64,000 nt of DNA. Source: Nitrospinaceae bacterium. GTDB lineage: Bacteria > Nitrospinota > Nitrospinia > Nitrospinales > Nitrospinaceae. Below the pieces are notes generated by a model. That model was not told where the DNA came from. It ran no database searches and saw nothing but the letters and a program-made list of their open reading frames with translations. Positions 19,558 to 31,145 of this stretch are shown here, one piece after another. The stretch spans positions 1,088,001-1,152,000 of the forward strand of contig OZ245011.1 of assembly GCA_965223665.1 (NCBI GenBank). The letters run 5' to 3'. Within the stretch, counting starts at the first letter, position 1, and each line of letters opens with the position of its first letter. The position numbers and the translations under genes were made by a program.

Positions 19558-21909
19558 TTAAATGTTCAAAGGATGTTTTTCTCTATTTTTATTAACTTCA
19601 ATATGATTTAAAAATTCATCTAGATTTTCAATAAATTCAGGGACATCCAATGGCTTTACAATGTAATTTTCAAAACCCAAGTCCCTCGCCCTTTGAATAT
19701 CCTTTTTCATTGCATTTGCGCTAATAGCCCAAATGGGAATGAATTTCGTCTCTGGTTTACTTTTAAATATTTTAAAGGCAGTGATTCCATCCATTTCTGG
19801 AAGATTAATATCTAACAAGATTAAGTCAGGTTGACGACTCATAGCCAATTCAATTCCCGAGATGGCTTCAGGGGCAGAAATTAATTTAATATTAGGATAA
19901 TTGTGTCCAATTATTTCTTTGACTAGTTTTAAATTTACAGGGTTATCTTCTATATATAAGATTGAAATTTCATCTAGTTCTTTTTCAATTTTTTCTATTG
20001 TTTTTATTTTAGGTTGAGTTAAATTTGATTTTTCCCTCGCCTTTCCCTTTGGCAAATCAATATAAAATGTAGTTCCCTGACCAAGAGTTGTAGAAAAATA
20101 TATCGATCCAGACATAGCTTCAATCAAGTTTTTTGAAATGGTTAATCCAATACCGGTTCCCTCAATTGAAGAATTTTGATTACTTAATCGATTAAAAGGC
20201 TCAAAAATAGCTTTTTTATCCTTATCTGAAATTCCCAATCCCGTATCTTTTACATAAACTTGGATAAACTCTGATTCCAATACCTTATAACCCAAAGAAA
20301 CACTACCATTAGGCTTATTGTATTTAATTGCGTTAGATAAAAGATTTAGCACCACCTGTCTTAACCTAAAGTAATCTGCCACAATAAAGTCTTCACTGGA
20401 TAAATTTATTTCATTATTAATAACGACACCATACTTATCGCCTAGTGGCTTTGCCAAGTCTAAAGTTTCTTCTAAAAAAGGACCGATATTAACATTTTCA
20501 ATTGAAAGTTGAAGTTTTCCTGATTCAATTTTGGAAAGGTCTAAAATTTCATTAATTAACTCTAATAAATGATTTCCTCCTTTAATAATAAAGTCTAAAT
20601 TCTGAGATTGACTTTCATTTAGAGGGTTTCCAGTAGGCATCTTTAATACTTGGGCAAACCCTAATATTGCGTTCAAGGGAGTTCTAAGCTCATGACTCAT
20701 TTTAGCGAGAAAATCAGATTTAGCATTATTTGCTTTTTCCGCATTTTCCTTGGAAAGAATTAAGCTTTCTTGCGTTACCTTTAAATCATTGATCATCTGA
20801 TTAAAGGCCTTAGCAAGGGTCCCAAGCTCATCATCCGACTTTATTTCAATTGCAGGGGGAAGTTGCCCTTTAGAAATATCCTGTGCGGCATTAATTAGTT
20901 TCGATATCGGACTCCGAATTTGAGTGGATATTGCAACAGCCAGAATAATTGTTAAAACCACAACCAAAAAGCCAAACTGGAAAAACTTTTCCCTCAATTC
21001 TATGGTCGGAGCAAAAGCTTTATGAGTCTCTTGCATTACTAACACCGACCAATTAAAGCTGCTCAATATTCCCTTATACGCGGATCCTGCATATCCGATC
21101 AAAAACTCTCTACCTAATGGATCTTTTTCTATCAAAAAACCTCTACTACCATTTTGAGCTTGTTTGGTGGCATTAAAATTTTGTTTGGGAAATTTATAAT
21201 CCCAAATACTTAAGAAATTTTGATTAGTTTTAAATCTAAAAATAAACTCAGGAGCGGCAATAATCTCACCATTTCTATTTATTAAAATGGCGTATTGGGA
21301 TTGATTTTGTTCAACACCACCAATTTTTATTGAATTAATATTATCTATTAGTGCCTTCCAATTACAATGAAGAAAGAGATGACCTAAAACTTTCCGACTA
21401 TCTTCTTCCCAATATATGGGCAATGATAATGTTAATACTAATCCACCCGCCTTCTTAAAAAAATTAAGATCTTGAGCTAGGAAATCCTTTGCTTTAACGC
21501 CAGCTTGATACCATTTTTCTTTTGATACATTAATATTTTTAAGCTTTGAATTTGTTGAAGCCAGGATTTTTCCTCCAGGTTGCATTACAGAAATCACCCA
21601 GTAAGGAGATTCTCTTTTCTTTAATTGTTTCATAAAGTATTGCAAAGATGGGTGGTCACCCTGTAAAGCTATTTTTTGAAGGGTTTTATTGGAAGCCCAA
21701 TTTTCCAAATCGCGTCGGGCTTCCCTTATCATTAAAAACAGGTCTTCCATAGATTGGGTGGCTTTTGTCTGAAATTTAGTACCAATACTTTTTTCCAAAG
21801 CCACTCTGCTGTTTTCATAGGTAAAATAATATAAGGTTCCTAAGGGTAAAAATGAAACAATAATAAAACTTATAATTATTTTAAAGTTCAGCGTTTTAAA
21901 AAATTTCAT
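19558..21909 (-). CDS. Hybrid sensor histidine kinase (Cache-HAMP-HisKA-HATPase-REC)
   Basis: Two TMs, DELGTLAKAFNQM, MSHELRTPLNAI, NLLSNAIKYN, DTGLGI, GTGIGL, LLDINLP. Confidence 0.93.
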   Translation of the reverse strand: MKFFKTLNFKIIISFIIVSFLPLGTLYYFTYENSRVALEKSIGTKFQTKATQSMEDLFLMIREARRDLENWASNKTLQKIALQGDHPSLQYFMKQLKKRESPYWVISVMQPGGKILASTNSKLKNINVSKEKWYQAGVKAKDFLAQDLNFFKKAGGLVLTLSLPIYWEEDSRKVLGHLFLHCNWKALIDNINSIKIGGVEQNQSQYAILINRNGEIIAAPEFIFRFKTNQNFLSIWDYKFPKQNFNATKQAQNGSRGFLIEKDPLGREFLIGYAGSAYKGILSSFNWSVLVMQETHKAFAPTIELREKFFQFGFLVVVLTIILAVAISTQIRSPISKLINAAQDISKGQLPPAIEIKSDDELGTLAKAFNQMINDLKVTQESLILSKENAEKANNAKSDFLAKMSHELRTPLNAILGFAQVLKMPTGNPLNESQSQNLDFIIKGGNHLLELINEILDLSKIESGKLQLSIENVNIGPFLEETLDLAKPLGDKYGVVINNEINLSSEDFIVADYFRLRQVVLNLLSNAIKYNKPNGSVSLGYKVLESEFIQVYVKDTGLGISDKDKKAIFEPFNRLSNQNSSIEGTGIGLTISKNLIEAMSGSIYFSTTLGQGTTFYIDLPKGKAREKSNLTQPKIKTIEKIEKELDEISILYIEDNPVNLKLVKEIIGHNYPNIKLISAPEAISGIELAMSRQPDLILLDINLPEMDGITAFKIFKSKPETKFIPIWAISANAMKKDIQRARDLGFENYIVKPLDVPEFIENLDEFLNHIEVNKNREKHPLNI

Positions 21910-22192
21910 TTAATCTTTGCAAACTGATTTGGTAAAGATACTCAACCAATAAGAAATTGAAGTTTCGCCAACTAAAGGCTTACAATTGCAGCAATTTTAC
22001 ATAACATTTTGCATTTAAATAGACTAAAGTCTTTAATACAAAAGTCAATTTATTTGGATAATCGAAAAAAAGGTAGGACTTGCTAAATATATTCCAACAA
22101 AATTCAAGGGCTTTTAATAAATAAAGACGTAATCAAAAAAAGGGGGAGGAGATTATTACGGTTCATTTCTCACATTTTCTTTACTCGAAGCA

Positions 22193-23386
22193 TCATTGAA
22201 TTTTTTTCCATGAAACTGTTCTAAATGTACTTTTTGTAACACTGTTTAAATTACTGAGAGCAGAACAACTATAATGGATCTCAGCATTATCATCTAGTTG
22301 TAATACAGCTTTATTATTTTTATTACTGGCAATTATTACACCTCCATATACTTGAGGATTTCCATTCTGATTGTGAAGTTTTCCCTGACAATTCGGGCAA
22401 CCTCCAATAATAATAAGACCGTTCCACTGAAAATCATCTTTCATCATAAACTGATTGTTAACCACTAAAATACCATATCCCATTAAATTACCACTTCCCG
22501 TAAAAGCTCCCTCACTATAAAATACTCCCGGGTCATCCTCGGAACCCAAAACCCCTCCATTCATTGAACCCGGCAAAAGCTGAGCATCTGGAACTGACAA
22601 AATCCTTTCTCTAAGTTCCTGCAGCTCTTCTAAGGTGAATGAATCATTTCCTGTAGTAATGCTGTTATTACCTTCCACACCTGTAAAATTTTCTTTTTGA
22701 GAACTATCAACATTTGTTAAATCTAAATCTATTCCAGAAGCACTAGAAACTAAAGCATAAATCGATGGACAATTAGAATCTAGCTCCGGACCTAATGAAC
22801 CTCTTTTGGTTCCATTTCCATTAACCTTAAAACTGGATCCAGGAGTGGAAACGACCGACTGATCACTTACTAAGGTTACCGCACCAGGCAATTGAGGAAG
22901 ATCTAAATTAATTTTTCTCACCCTTGCTTCTAAATGTTCAGATAATCCTTCAGAACTAATTCCAATTGAGTCAATCATTATAACGTTATCAGAGTCTTTC
23001 CAAACATCCCCGTCATCCATATTATCTAAAACTCTAGTATAGTATTTCCCTTCATTAAAGTTGATCCTCGTATAATTTATTCCGCGATAATTCTCGGTAG
23101 TGCCAAAAGAAGGGAATAAGCCATTGTCTGCCATAATTTCTTTATTACCATCCTCGCCAGCGAGAGTTGCATTAAAATCTTTGTCCCTAACTAAGGATTT
23201 TGTATGTTCTAGTCCCGCTTCTGCTATATAGAAAGCTTCTTTATTTTGCTTGTTTACATTAGCCTGACTAATTTCATTCGTTGTTTGCATTACCAGCATA
23301 GGTACCATAATTGAAATGACCAATAAAAGAAGCAATACTACGATAAGAACAGAGCCTTGATTATTTTTCAATCTTCCTATTAGCAT
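22193..23386 (-). CDS. PilX-like minor pilin / pilus assembly protein
   Basis: Class III signal NNQG|SVLIVVLL and AFYIAEAGLE motif; beta-solenoid-like C-terminus. Confidence 0.75.
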   Translation of the reverse strand: MLIGRLKNNQGSVLIVVLLLLLVISIMVPMLVMQTTNEISQANVNKQNKEAFYIAEAGLEHTKSLVRDKDFNATLAGEDGNKEIMADNGLFPSFGTTENYRGINYTRINFNEGKYYTRVLDNMDDGDVWKDSDNVIMIDSIGISSEGLSEHLEARVRKINLDLPQLPGAVTLVSDQSVVSTPGSSFKVNGNGTKRGSLGPELDSNCPSIYALVSSASGIDLDLTNVDSSQKENFTGVEGNNSITTGNDSFTLEELQELRERILSVPDAQLLPGSMNGGVLGSEDDPGVFYSEGAFTGSGNLMGYGILVVNNQFMMKDDFQWNGLIIIGGCPNCQGKLHNQNGNPQVYGGVIIASNKNNKAVLQLDDNAEIHYSCSALSNLNSVTKSTFRTVSWKKIQ

Positions 23387-23988
23387 TAAATTTCGACGAT
23401 TTCCTAATAATTAGACTTATACATTTATGTTTGCTCGTCCAATTACATTTAAAGGTCTATGACTTTATTAATTTCTCTTCCTTACCCAAACAGAATCATT
23501 TTCAATGGTTTTTTTATATTGAAAATAAGGTTAGATAAAATCTTCCAATTTTAAATTCGGCAAATTTTGCTATCAAAAATAATTTATAAGGAAAGCTTCT
23601 TAATTCTTTCCTTTTGAAGTTTCCTGTTAGAAAAAAACGAATTTAATCTGTAATTTCTATCAACTATAGTTTAAGGTCACCGACGATTCATACAAGAGGA
23701 ATTGTTCTTTTAAATATTAATGGCTGATATACCTTTTTTTGTATACAATGCGGCGTTTTACAAAGGTAATATCTGACTGTGACTCTAGCAAAACCTGAGG
23801 AAATTGCTTTTGAAAAAAAAGAGAGAATTAAAGATAATTCTGGCGGAAAGAATTTAGTCTCTTCTGAGAAAAAAACAAAAATACTTAAATGTTTAAGTAA
23901 GTAACCACTTTAATAAACAAGAGTGATTATATATATTAGGAAAAGTCTATCAGCACATAAAGCTGATTTTAAATGTTAGCAAACAAAT

Positions 23989-24062
<74 letters not shown>

Positions 24063-24413
24063 CTATGAAAAACAATAGATCATGTTAAACCTTAGATGCT
24101 AACAGCATCTCAGAAATTTCTTGTGCCTGAGGCCGAACAATTAATTAGAACTGAGATGATTTACAGAAACTAAATTCTAAAGCTGAACTGAAATTCGATG
24201 TTTGGTCAGGAGCGGCTAGTATTTTTTTCTCCGTCTATCATGAATCCAATATCATATGAAATTTAAAATCTTATCAAATAAAATCATCATTGAAGCAATT
24301 GGATATTTCATAATTTCTTCTATCTAAATGACTAGCTCAACTGAGACTTTTCCTAAAGGAATTCCTAAAACCTATGAGTTAATAACAGGTCTCCATTCTC
24401 AAAAAAAATTCTT

Positions 24414-24821
24414 TTACATGTGCGCAAAAAACTCAGGTTCAATGAGGCTTCTTAGAACATCACCTCTAGAAACAATTCCCACCAGCTTATTGTCCTTAAC
24501 AATGGGCAGTCGGATGATATGAAATTCCTCCATAATTTTAATGAATTCATCAACAGTTGCATCTTCCCTTGCAGTCACAACATCTCGGGTCATAATATCC
24601 TTAGCTGTGATTCTAACCAATTCCTTTGCTTCTTTCACGGCCTTTAAAAGATCCAGTTCTGTGATAATTCCTACAAGTTTTCCTTCCTCATTCGTAACAG
24701 GCATTCCGCTATAAAGACCCGTCATTAACTGTAAAGCCACATCCCGAGCGGAAGCGTTTTCTCTGGCTGAAATCACGGGGCTTGTCATTATCTCTGAGGC
24801 TTTCCTGGTTAAGTTAATCAT
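24414..24821 (-). CDS. CBS-domain pair protein
   Basis: IMTSPV...GMPV..GKLVGIITELD and IMTRDV...RLPIV..KLVGIVSRGD. Confidence 0.9.
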   Translation of the reverse strand: MINLTRKASEIMTSPVISARENASARDVALQLMTGLYSGMPVTNEEGKLVGIITELDLLKAVKEAKELVRITAKDIMTRDVVTAREDATVDEFIKIMEEFHIIRLPIVKDNKLVGIVSRGDVLRSLIEPEFFAHM

Positions 24822-24832
24822 AGTTCACCCCC

Positions 24833-25048
24833 CTATTTTTCATGATAGTATTTGAAAGACAAGTTTACTCTCGCACGATAGGCGACGACCTTTCCGTCTT
24901 CCACCCGCATATCAAGCTTACTTATTTCAGCGATTCTAAGGTCATCCAATGTTTTAGCAGCGGTTTCAATCGCATTTTTAGCCGCCTCCTCCCAAGAAAC
25001 TTCACTAGTCCCAATAAGTTCAATAATTTTATAAACTGTATCACTCAT
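24833..25048 (-). CDS. Dodecin-family flavin-binding protein
   Basis: VYKIIELIGTSEVSWEEAAKNA...YRARVNLSFK; AAAGGA RBS. Confidence 0.9.
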   Translation of the reverse strand: MSDTVYKIIELIGTSEVSWEEAAKNAIETAAKTLDDLRIAEISKLDMRVEDGKVVAYRARVNLSFKYYHEK

Positions 25049-25388
25049 GATATTCCTTTCAGTTAGAGTTTTCTATAAAATATGAAGGTCCTGATTCTTG
25101 TTAAAACATATTCTGATTTCAATTTATTTTTTCCACTCAATGGTACCTTCTAATATTTAAGATGGTTGGACGGAAATAAATATTCCCAGGTTGAGAAGAT
25201 TTTGTGTGAGCGGGATTCAAGTACCGGGAAAAATTATTTTCCGGAGGACTGTCCCTCTTTAGTTATACAAGCAGGAGGAATGAAAAATAGCTTCTTCATA
25301 CAAAGTCTATTTCTGCTAATTCATGTAATTTTTACAAGTTGTTTGCATTTTATCGTAAATATACCTTGATTGAATCCAAAAACATTTG

Positions 25389-26456
25389 CTAAAAGTTTTG
25401 GTCTTCCTCATTATTGGGCCTGCTTCGAGTTTTGACTCGGTCGGCAAAAATTTTATGAATACGGCTATCATCGTCTTCATCAAAAATATTTCCAAGGAAG
25501 GCTTCAATGATGTCTTCCATGGTAACAATTCCTAAACGATCTCCCTTAGCCGAGACCACTAATGCCATGTGAAGATGCTGTTTCTGCAGAAGGCGTAAAA
25601 CAGGCAAAATAGTATCTGTATTTTTTACAATTACTATTGGATGAATAATACCCTTCCAAGTTTTAGCTCCAACTTCTCTCAAGCCAAGAAATTCCTTAGT
25701 ATGCAGCGTCCCTAAAACCTCCTTATTTTTTAAGACCGGAAGACGAGTATGGCCCGAAGCAAATACTATGGTTGCAACTTCTTCAATGGAACTTGATTCT
25801 AGCAAATGAATTACTTCACGCCAGGGAACTAGAATGTCCTGAACTTGCTTACGTTCTATGGAAACTAAATTCACCACTGCCCGCTGATGCGTGGGAGAAA
25901 GGGAACCAATTTGAATAGTAGTTTCTTGGGGAAGGCGGGATGGTCGACTTCTTGGAAAAAAAACTTTAAGTACTTTTTTTGTGGACCACTCCAGCAATGT
26001 CACCGCAGGGGATAGCATCTTGTCCGCAAAAGCGATCCATCGCGAGCCCTTAAGGACCGTGTTTGCCGGGCTCCGTAAAGCCAGAGATTTTGGAGTGAGT
26101 TCTCCTAATACTATATTGAAAAAGGATAAGGGTAAGACAACGAGAAATATGGAAACAATTTCAGCAGCCAATTGTGTCATACCCCATTCAGTGATGAAAA
26201 AAGGCTGAATTTTGGCTGTTGCTTCCATACCTCCTACAGCCGCTGCCAACAGAGCCACCAGGGTGATACCCAATTGGATGACAGAAAGCGTCCGTTCAGG
26301 ATTTGATCGGCGGTCTAACACCCACTGTGCCATTTTGGATCCTTCTTTGGCAATGTTACGAAGTTCACCCGGGGGGAAGCTCACAAATGCCATTTCGAAG
26401 GCGGCTAATAAAGAATTGATCACAAGGCAAAATAAAATTACAAAAATGGATTCCAT
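25389..26456 (-). CDS. CNNM/DUF21-CBS (hemolysin/CorB-like) membrane protein
   Basis: AAFEMAFVS, LGELTPKSLAL, SGHTRLPV, GIVTMEDIIE...I.DE.D. Confidence 0.88.
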   Translation of the reverse strand: MESIFVILFCLVINSLLAAFEMAFVSFPPGELRNIAKEGSKMAQWVLDRRSNPERTLSVIQLGITLVALLAAAVGGMEATAKIQPFFITEWGMTQLAAEIVSIFLVVLPLSFFNIVLGELTPKSLALRSPANTVLKGSRWIAFADKMLSPAVTLLEWSTKKVLKVFFPRSRPSRLPQETTIQIGSLSPTHQRAVVNLVSIERKQVQDILVPWREVIHLLESSSIEEVATIVFASGHTRLPVLKNKEVLGTLHTKEFLGLREVGAKTWKGIIHPIVIVKNTDTILPVLRLLQKQHLHMALVVSAKGDRLGIVTMEDIIEAFLGNIFDEDDDSRIHKIFADRVKTRSRPNNEEDQNF

Positions 26457-26794
26457 AAATTTAAGATGGGTTTGAGTGGAAAAACGGATTACCTGACCAA
26501 CTGGATATTTATACCATAGCTATATCCCTTTTGGTTGAATTGCAACTAGATAAAATATATTGGATATAGAAGCGTATGATTATCAATATCATCCGACTAT
26601 TAATGACCTCCATCGATTAAGGATAGCCAATATATTTTATAATATTAATTTCGCTCCCTGAAACTACCCCCCTTTATATTTTCTTAAAACCAAGACTGAT
26701 CTACCCCTTTTTATTAATCAGTTTTTAGGCAAAAATAAATTTTCATTTGAAATTTAAAAATTTATTATATTATTCAACCGACCTGGGATTCTTC

Positions 26795-29461
26795 TTAATT
26801 TTTTGTAGACCGCCCCCTCAGTTTATCCAGTTCATTAACCAGAATAATCAAAAAAGACACCGAAATAATTACAGGCCAACTGGTTTGGTCTAAAGGTCTT
26901 AAAGAAAGAAGACTCTGAGTTCCTGGAAAATATAGCGCTCCGATATGAATGGCCAGAGAAAAAAGTGTCCCAAAAAAAAGAAATTTATTTTTCATAAGGT
27001 GATTTTTTAAGATTGAGATATTTTCGCTTCGACAATTAAAGACGTGAACAACTTGAAACATCACCAGAAGAGTGAGACATGAGACTTGAGCATAATCTAG
27101 CGACATCTTTCGATAGTAATGTTCCCAATAAAACATAAGAATTGTGCCTACCGCCATAAAGAGACCAATGGAAAGCATCCTCAAAAGGAGATTTCGCCCT
27201 AAGATCCCTTCCTCAAGAGAACGAGGGCCCTTTCTCACTAGGTCTTCAGACTGCGGTTCAAAAGCCAAGGCTACATCTAAAATTCCATTTGTTACCACAT
27301 TAAGCCACAGGATTTGGGTAGGTAAAAGCATTAGTGGCCATCTCAGAGGCAAGGCCGCCGAAAGAGCCAACACTTCGGCCAAAGCGCAGCTTACAAGAAA
27401 AAAGGTTGTCATGCGAATATTTCGAAAAGCTGTTCGCCCTTCTTTAACGGCTTCAAAAATCGTGGCGAAGTTGTCATCTGTAAGGACCATTTCGCTGGCC
27501 TCCTTGGCAACATCGGTACCAGTAATTCCCATGGCCGCACCAAGGTGGGCCAATTTCAAAGCGGGAGCATCATTAACCCCATCCCCTGTGACGGTTACAA
27601 CACAACCTTTCTTTTGAAAAGCTTTCACCAAATCATGTTTTTGGTTAGGACGAACCCGGGCAAAAACATTGGCCTTGGCCATCAGCTTATCGAGTTGCTC
27701 TTCATCGGCCTCATAGAGTTCACTGCCTTCCCCTACCCCTGTTTCTTCTTCGGTCACAATGCCAACCTTGCGAGCAATAGAGAGGGCAGTTTTGCCATAG
27801 TCTCCGGTGCACATAACAACCCGGATACCTGCTTTATGACACTCGCGAACAGCTTCGGAAGCCTCTTTTCGAGGAGGATCCCAAAATCCTATTAAACCAA
27901 GAAGGCGAAAGCAGCCTTTTTCATTTAGGCTTTCAGGCTTATCCTTTAAGATCTCGAAAGTCTCTTGTCCAGTCCCTTCCACAAAGGCTAAAACCCGAAG
28001 TCCTTCTTCCCCCCATCGATCAGAAACCTGTTGGGCTTTTGAGATTACTTCAGACTGAGAACAAAGCTCCAAAAGAATTTCTCCTGCTCCTTTTGCAAGG
28101 ATGACAGGTTCAGCTTCAGAGGGGTGCTTATGAAGAGAAGCGGAAAAGCGCAAATCTGAGTCAAAAGGAATTTCATCAATCTTTTGCCAGGTTGAAAAAG
28201 AATCAACTATCTTTAATTTTTCTACTGCTTGTAAAAGGGCAATATCCATGGCATCTCCAAAGAACTGCCAATTCTCTTGGATATCTTTTTTCTTATGGGC
28301 TTCGTTGTTCAAGTAAGAGCAAAGAAGAAGTCTTTCCAATGGCTTGGATGCTGACGACAGGGACTCTAGAATATACTCTTTTTCTCCATTCCATAATGTT
28401 TTGACTTCCATTTTATTTAATGTGAGCGTTCCGGTCTTGTCTGTGATAATCACATTGGTACTTCCGAGAGTTTCCACCGCCGGCAAGTGTCTAATAATGG
28501 CTCTACGATCGGCCATCCTTTTTATACTAATAGCCAAAGCAATGGTCACTACAACGGGTAGACCTTCGGGCATGGCCGAAACCGCGACAGCAACCGCCAT
28601 AAAAAACATCTCTTCAAGGTCTCGCCCTAAAAAAAGCCCCAGGGAAAAAAGCCCAACTGAAACACCAGAGATGGCAAGGGCGATTCGATTGGCCAGCTTA
28701 TCGAGCCGAGATTGCAAGGGGGCTTTTGCCGCTTTCGAGCTTTTCAGTTTTTCAGCAATCGACCCAATTTCTGTCGCCCCTCCCGTCGCCACAATAATGG
28801 CCTTGGCCTTTCCGGAAGTCACAGAAGTACCCATAAAGAGAATATTATGTTGATCTGAGGGAGATGGATTCTCCTCTAAGCTTTCAAGAGTTTCAGCGTT
28901 CTTTGAAACGGGAACAGATTCTCCCGTCAGCGGGGCTTCACTAACACGTAATGATTGAGAATCTAAAATTCTCATATCTGCCGAAACGAGATCCCCTTCT
29001 CCGACTTCAACAATATCACCCGGAACGAGGAGGCTGCTTTCCACTTGTTTAGTTTTTCCCCCACGGCAGACAATACTCATAGGAGAAACCAAATTTAATA
29101 GAGACTTAATAGCATTTTCGGCCCTAAATTCTTGAACAAAGCCAATTACTGTATTTAAAAGAAGAACAATGGAGATAACCAGAGCATCGGAGTCATGATT
29201 AAGAAAAATACTGATGATGGCCGCGACTAAAAGAACATAAACAAGAGGACTCGCCAGTTGTTTGATCAGAAGCAACCACCAAGGCCTTCTTTTCGATTCG
29301 GCCAACCTGTTTTCACCAAACCTTATTAAACGACGTTCAGCCTCGTCATATGAAAGCCCCTCAGGAGAGGTTTCTAAAAGGTGAAAAACTTCTTGAGGAG
29401 TTTTTTCAAACCATCTCTTTTGGCTTTTCAACTTATTTTCTTCTTTTGTACTCATTCGCAT
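26795..29461 (-). CDS. Type II (Ca2+/cation) P-type ATPase
   Basis: LTGES, MPEGLP, DKTGTLT, KGAGE, DPPR, TGD, GDGVNDAPAL, QILWLNVVTN. Confidence 0.95.
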   Translation of the reverse strand: MRMSTKEENKLKSQKRWFEKTPQEVFHLLETSPEGLSYDEAERRLIRFGENRLAESKRRPWWLLLIKQLASPLVYVLLVAAIISIFLNHDSDALVISIVLLLNTVIGFVQEFRAENAIKSLLNLVSPMSIVCRGGKTKQVESSLLVPGDIVEVGEGDLVSADMRILDSQSLRVSEAPLTGESVPVSKNAETLESLEENPSPSDQHNILFMGTSVTSGKAKAIIVATGGATEIGSIAEKLKSSKAAKAPLQSRLDKLANRIALAISGVSVGLFSLGLFLGRDLEEMFFMAVAVAVSAMPEGLPVVVTIALAISIKRMADRRAIIRHLPAVETLGSTNVIITDKTGTLTLNKMEVKTLWNGEKEYILESLSSASKPLERLLLCSYLNNEAHKKKDIQENWQFFGDAMDIALLQAVEKLKIVDSFSTWQKIDEIPFDSDLRFSASLHKHPSEAEPVILAKGAGEILLELCSQSEVISKAQQVSDRWGEEGLRVLAFVEGTGQETFEILKDKPESLNEKGCFRLLGLIGFWDPPRKEASEAVRECHKAGIRVVMCTGDYGKTALSIARKVGIVTEEETGVGEGSELYEADEEQLDKLMAKANVFARVRPNQKHDLVKAFQKKGCVVTVTGDGVNDAPALKLAHLGAAMGITGTDVAKEASEMVLTDDNFATIFEAVKEGRTAFRNIRMTTFFLVSCALAEVLALSAALPLRWPLMLLPTQILWLNVVTNGILDVALAFEPQSEDLVRKGPRSLEEGILGRNLLLRMLSIGLFMAVGTILMFYWEHYYRKMSLDYAQVSCLTLLVMFQVVHVFNCRSENISILKNHLMKNKFLFFGTLFSLAIHIGALYFPGTQSLLSLRPLDQTSWPVIISVSFLIILVNELDKLRGRSTKN

Positions 29462-30126
29462 CCTTCTGGATATGTAATGGGAAACCTACTTTTTTTTGAA
29501 TGCTTCTTTTTCCGGTAGCATCCCAATTCATGATAGCCCTTGTCGTTATCCACATTTCATCCCTCTTCATTGCCCTGGCCGGTACTTAAATGGTTAGGGT
29601 CTCTGACCTACTGGCCTACCGAACAGGTTTGGGTGAAGCTCTTAAGGGAGGAATCTTTTTAGATACCTTCACCTTAATCTCAGGCTCTAAAGGGACCCGA
29701 CCTTTGATATGCAATCTAGATGTTAATCTCATGTATATTTGAAAAGCATATTGATAAAGGGGGAATGTAAAATACGTTAGTTTATTGCAGGGCGAATCAG
29801 ACTAATATAAAATAAAACGGTCTTTCTCATTTATAGCCTCCATTATATCAGTAGCATATCCTGCAAAGAAGGTAATGCCAATTCCCAATATCATGGAAAG
29901 AGTTATTATTGCAGAATGAATCTCTGATGACCCAACCCTTCGATATTTATACCAGATTAAAATTTAATCAGGAATAATCCAGAAGGTTCAAATGGTCCAA
30001 AAATAAGCCTCTTCTCAGTAACAAATGGCAGTTTTCAACAACAAACTGCAATTACTAAATTCTCATATTCCATTGAATTAATTTCTATTATCTATTGTCA
30101 GTTTTTGTAGCTTGCTAATTAGTCCA

Positions 30127-30169
<43 letters not shown>

Positions 30170-30310
30170 TCTTAATAGCAACCTATTCTTTAAGGGAAAT
30201 AAGGAATTATTAAAAAATTAGGAGAGAATATTTCTATCTAGAATAAATTCCATTTTATCTTTAGTTGAATTACATTTTATAAAATGAGATTTCGGGATAA
30301 AAAGTTCTGT

Positions 30311-31120
30311 TTATTTTGCGCAACGGAACCCAATATGGAAATTTTTATTTTCAGGGAGGAGTCTAAATCTGAAACTGGTCCTTAGAGTACTGGGCTCGCC
30401 TAACCATGAACCTCCTCTAAGTATTTTTTCGGTTCCTTTTCTGGGTCCCTTAGGATTATTTCTCGAAGCATTTTTGTAGTAATTGACATCATACCAATCG
30501 GAAACCCACTCCCATACATTTCCTGACATGTCATACAATCCATATGCATTAGGAGGAAAGCTGCCTATAGGAGAGGTATTTTTATTCTCATCATCAAATT
30601 GATTTAACTTCCAATTATTTTTACAGTTGGTATCACAAAAGTTTCCTTTTAATGATTCAAATTCCATTCCCCAGGAAAACTTGAAACCTTTTCCCCCTTT
30701 CGCCGCTTTTTCCCATTCAGCTTCAGTAGGAAGTCGCTTACCAATTTTTCTACAATATTTGTTGGCATCTTCCCAAGTGACGGATTCAACTGGCAAATTC
30801 TTACCGATAAATTGAGAAGGGTTATTCCCCATCACTTTTTGATATTCGCCTTGGGATACTTCATACTTATCAAGGAAAAAAGAATCTATATTCACCATGT
30901 GTTGAGGATTTTCATCGATATACCAATCCTTTCGACATACTTTATAGTATTTCTTACACTCCTTATAACCTTCATTTTTCTCAGATCCCATCATAAATTC
31001 TCCTGAAGGAATTAATTTCATCCCTGGAGGCGCTTCCCCTTCACCGGCAAATACAATAGGATTTGATACCCAGGTAAACAATAAAAAGAAATAGGTAGTA
31101 AAAAATGCCAATGGTTTCAT
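30311..31120 (-). CDS. FGE-sulfatase (SUMF1-family) domain protein, exported
   Basis: KRLPTEAEWEKAAKGG, PNAYGLYDMSGNVWEW, RGGSW, GFRCA; signal peptide from ATG 31120 (MKPLAFF). Confidence 0.9.
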   Translation of the reverse strand: MKPLAFFTTYFFLLFTWVSNPIVFAGEGEAPPGMKLIPSGEFMMGSEKNEGYKECKKYYKVCRKDWYIDENPQHMVNIDSFFLDKYEVSQGEYQKVMGNNPSQFIGKNLPVESVTWEDANKYCRKIGKRLPTEAEWEKAAKGGKGFKFSWGMEFESLKGNFCDTNCKNNWKLNQFDDENKNTSPIGSFPPNAYGLYDMSGNVWEWVSDWYDVNYYKNASRNNPKGPRKGTEKILRGGSWLGEPSTLRTSFRFRLLPENKNFHIGFRCAK

Positions 31121-31145
31121 TTTAATCTTCTCAACATGGACTAAT

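Noticed and set aside
25166-25369. Possible small ORF or lipoprotein remnant inside the islet
   Set aside because: SD-like AGGAGG is too close to the ATG at 25280 and there is no recognisable homology
29546-29554. Perfect DnaA box TTATCCACA
   Set aside because: Single occurrence, no cluster or origin context
29470-30126. Integrase remnant near attR
   Set aside because: Only short, stop-interrupted frames; no tyrosine-recombinase motifs recognisable by eye
30311-30430. DGR variable region in the FGE/CLec-fold C-termini (also 7596-7720)
   Set aside because: No reverse transcriptase and no adenine-variant template repeat seen in the window
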